In this document: in pieces, positions 60,866-64,000 of the stretch
Layout of the letters: every line of letters starts with the position of its first letter
Numbering within the stretch: the stretch's first letter is position 1
Assembly: GCA_038087875.1 (NCBI GenBank)
Contig: CM075995.1
Location: 6,078,001 to 6,142,000 of the forward strand
Origin: Malacoraja senta
Lineage: Eukaryota
Direction of reading: 5' to 3'
Length of the DNA stretch: 64,000 nucleotides
The notes under the pieces: model-generated
Database searches by the model: none
Seen by the model: the letters and a program-made list of their open reading frames with translations, nothing else
What the model was told of the DNA's origin: nothing
Made by a program: the position numbers and the translations under genes

Positions 60866-63800
60866 TTTTACTTCGGAGTCACGTGAGTGACTACGTGAAG
60901 AAGACCCGTCAGGGCGCATGCGCGTCATTACGTCTGACGCATTGGCGCGAACGACAGCAGGAGGACGGAGCTTCTCCTGCAGGTGAGTAGTTACAGCTCC
61001 ACCAAAGTCGGGGAGACTTTGGAGGAGTTAGAAAAATGTAGAAGTTTGTTGCTGTATTTTTTCCCAGCAATACAGGAACAAGTAAAAAATCATCAAGGTG
61101 CAGGCCTGCTACGGACAAGGAGAGAGAGAGCTGCGGGAGCGCAGTCTCTGAAAGGCAGCCTGTCACCTCTGGGGAGTCGCAAGCCGGTAGCGGTGCGGGG
61201 ACAGACTTGGCAAAGTGCCCAGCCGGGTACACAGCCAACACCAGTCGGGCGGTAGGTATAAGCCAAGTCTGTCAGGGCCATTGACTCCGCAGAATCGGGC
61301 TAGGAGAGTCCCGTTGGGGACAGGATACCGTGCCCCAGCGGTTATCCAAAAGGAGCAGCGCATACAGGGACTGCTCCACAAAGCCACACTCCAGGAGGAG
61401 TTGTGCAGGCGGGAGGCCGTGGGGACGGCTCCGCCGGCAGTGCCTAGGAGAGGCCTGCTTCACAAAGCCACACTCCAGGAGGAGTTGTGCAGGTGGGAGG
61501 CCGTAGGGAAGGCTCCGCCGGCAGTGCCTTGGAGAGGCTTGCTTCACAAAGCCACACTCCAGGAGGAGTTGTGTGGGCGGGAGGCCGTCGGGAAGGCTCC
61601 GCCGGCAGTGCCTAGTAGAGGCCTGCTTGAAAGCACCCTCTTTGCAAGAGGTGAGTGCAGAAGGGCAGATACGCTCTGACCCTGAGTCCGACGACGACTT
61701 CCAAAGGGAGGGCATGCAGCGGCCAGAGCTGACACCGTGTGCAGCACGGTTTGCCATGTCGTCGGACGCTGGTGAACCTCTGGGTGAGGAACTTGCCACC
61801 AGCATAAATTACCAAGTCTCACATCAGCTACAGGAGCTGACAATGGATGAGACAGTAAGGAAGCATGAAGCCCCAATCAACTGTGGCCTGTTAAAAGTTC
61901 CTGTTGGGAACAGGAAGATTTGGGGCAAGATGGGCATACAAATGAGAGCCCAGGAGGAGGTGAAGCTCCAGCATATTTTTAAAGTTGCTGGCATCTGGCA
62001 TAACGAGCTTTGCTAGGATGGTGGATGGAGAGGCCATGACGAAATTAAAACAAAAGGTGTGGCGCTATTGTGGAGTGCCCACTTTGAGATCAACTGCCTC
62101 TGCAAGACTGTGTTTAGACCAACCATCAACCCTAAATATGCTTCACTCTGCCAGCCTCGCACAGTGCAACCGGCACAGCTGTTTGGCGAGGATTTTGCAA
62201 AGCAGGTGAAGGAGCTGGGGGAAGTATCCCTATAAGCGAGGAGACTGGTCCGGGCAAGGGACGAGTCCAGCTACGATGCAGCGCATTTGGCGTTCGGCTG
62301 TAGCAGCGTCAGGGAAGGTGAGATATCTAGCTCGAGGCCGGGGAAGAATGCCAGGTGGTAAGGACGTAAGTGGGTCTGGTTCTCATGTAGACAGATCTAA
62401 TGGGATACAATTAAATGTTTACCTCAGATATGTTTATACTGTAGGTTATTGAAGGGTATCGAATAAAGCTTAATGCAAATTCTGATTTACCCATGCAACA
62501 TGTTCCAAAAAAGGAGTTTGACCAGTATCACTGAACAATTGGAAGTTCAGGTGGAACTTGCAAGCTTATGTAGTAAAGGTGTAATTGCTAACGCAGTTTA
62601 CCAAAGCCATCAGTTTGTGTCCAATATCTTTCCCAGACCAAAAAAGGATGGGGGATGCAGAATTATACTGGACCTGAATAGTCTTAAACCTTTTTTGTAC
62701 GGTATAGACATTTTAAGATGGAAACGTTTGAGGAGATCTCAAAGATCCGGATTCAGTGTCTGTTCATTTGCAGGATAGAAGATTTAAAATTCAGCTGGAT
62801 GGCGCAATTATGGCAATACAATGCACTGCCTAATTGTTTGTCTTCAGCTCCTAGAGTAATTACAAAGTTGTTAAAACCTATTCTAGGCATGATGAGAAGT
62901 CAAGGGCAGGTGCTCATGGCTTAACTAGATAATATCTTGATTGTAGGACAATCAAAGGAAACAGCTGAAGCATCAGTGGCAGTTGGTAAAAACCACTTTT
63001 TAAAAATTGGGCTTCATAAGCTATCTAGAGAAATCTAAATTAATACCTGTGACACAAATTGACTAGTTGGGTTCACAATAGACTTAATCAACATGATTGT
63101 GACCTTGCCCAGGCAAAAAAGGGTAGAGCTAATTAAGAGCTGTATCAAGTTAATTGCTGACACACAGCCTTCAATTAGCCAGGTGACGAGTCTGCTGCGG
63201 AAATTGCTGGCACCATTCCCAGCAGTTCAATAGTGGCCACTTTATTATCTACAATTACAAAGTTCAAAGGAACAAGCACTGAGGATACATTGGGGTCATT
63301 ATAATAGACCTATGCTTCTATCAATAGAGGCTGTTGCTGATGTACAATGGTGGATTCAGCATGTGTCCACTAGTAGTTCCAAAGTGTTATTGGACCAAGC
63401 TTCCATGATTTTGCAGACAGGTGTCAGAGCACTTGGGTGGGGTGCTACTGATACAAGATCCAGCTGTGGAGACAGATGGACATTGCTTCTGCAAACATGG
63501 GTAATTAACCAAGAGTATTTTATGGACTCAAGACTTATGGCACTAACAAAACTAGTTTGCATGTGCAGTGCCAAATAGACAACACTACAGCAGTTGCTTA
63601 TATGAATCACATGGGTGGAATCAAATTGTTATCATGTGACAGGTTGGCAAATAAAATTGGACCTGGAGTATGGATATTTGGATTGGAGCTATCTGCCAGG
63701 GAAACTTAATGTAGTACCAGATGGCAGCTCACGAAAATTCCGTGATAATACAGAGTGGATGTTGAACCAGGATGTGTTCAAGAACATAGTACTTCTATAT

Positions 63801-64000
63801 GGAAGGCCAAAATATGTTTCATGGGCACCAGATCCAGGGGCAGTGGCAATTGATGCTTTTTCACTAAATTGGGATGATATGGTTGTGTACATTTTCCCAC
63901 CATTCTGCCTCGTAGCTCGGTGTTTGAGAAAATCAAGCAGGATGCCGCTTCAGGGGTTTTGGTGATACCAAATTGCCCGATTCAACCATGGTTCCCTCTG
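60866..64000 (+). mobile_element. Decayed DIRS1-type (tyrosine recombinase class) retrotransposon, 5' part; runs off-window
   Basis: RT FVSNIFPRPKKDGGCRIILDL and LSSAPRVITKLLKP; RNase H-like LGWGA; methyltransferase-like AIDAFSLNW...YIFPPF. The recombinase itself is not seen in the window. Confidence 0.82.
61371..61628 (+). repeat. 84-bp tandem repeat, three copies, inside the DIRS element
   Basis: Unit starts at 61371, 61455, 61539 and 61623 (partial). Confidence 0.92.

Noticed and set aside
63700..63965. Host or phage DNA adenine methyltransferase gene
   Set aside because: It is the methyltransferase-like domain usual in DIRS1 elements and is disrupted here.

Overview
Vertebrate genomic DNA, most likely a cartilaginous fish such as a skate or ray. 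That assignment is an inference from the HE1-like tRNA/V-SINEs and the CR1/Penelope repeat content. Two genes converge tail to tail, as in mammals. The last six coding exons and 3' UTR of STT3B (oligosaccharyltransferase catalytic subunit) lie on + at 2926-~22790. The last three coding exons of OSBPL10 (oxysterol-binding protein-like 10) lie on - at 59877-45741. Most of the rest is mobile DNA: several CR1 LINE subfamilies (two near-full-length copies with an esterase ORF1 and tandem CpG-rich 5' monomers), an L1-clade 3' fragment, a Rex1/Babar fragment, tRNA SINEs, two Harbinger-type MITEs, a decayed DIRS1-type element, and many short Penelope-like insertions. The most notable observations are four. 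(1) The short Penelope-like insertions have 13-14 bp TSDs and carry a minimal hammerhead ribozyme core; two copies look intact, one in sense orientation in an STT3B intron. (2) A multi-level nested insertion stack sits in one STT3B intron. (3) A chimeric CR1 segment is shared between two loci 44 kb apart and looks like a templated insertion. (4) A dense TGATTAAT motif cluster lies in the last OSBPL10 intron. All family calls come from motif recognition by eye; no database searches were run.
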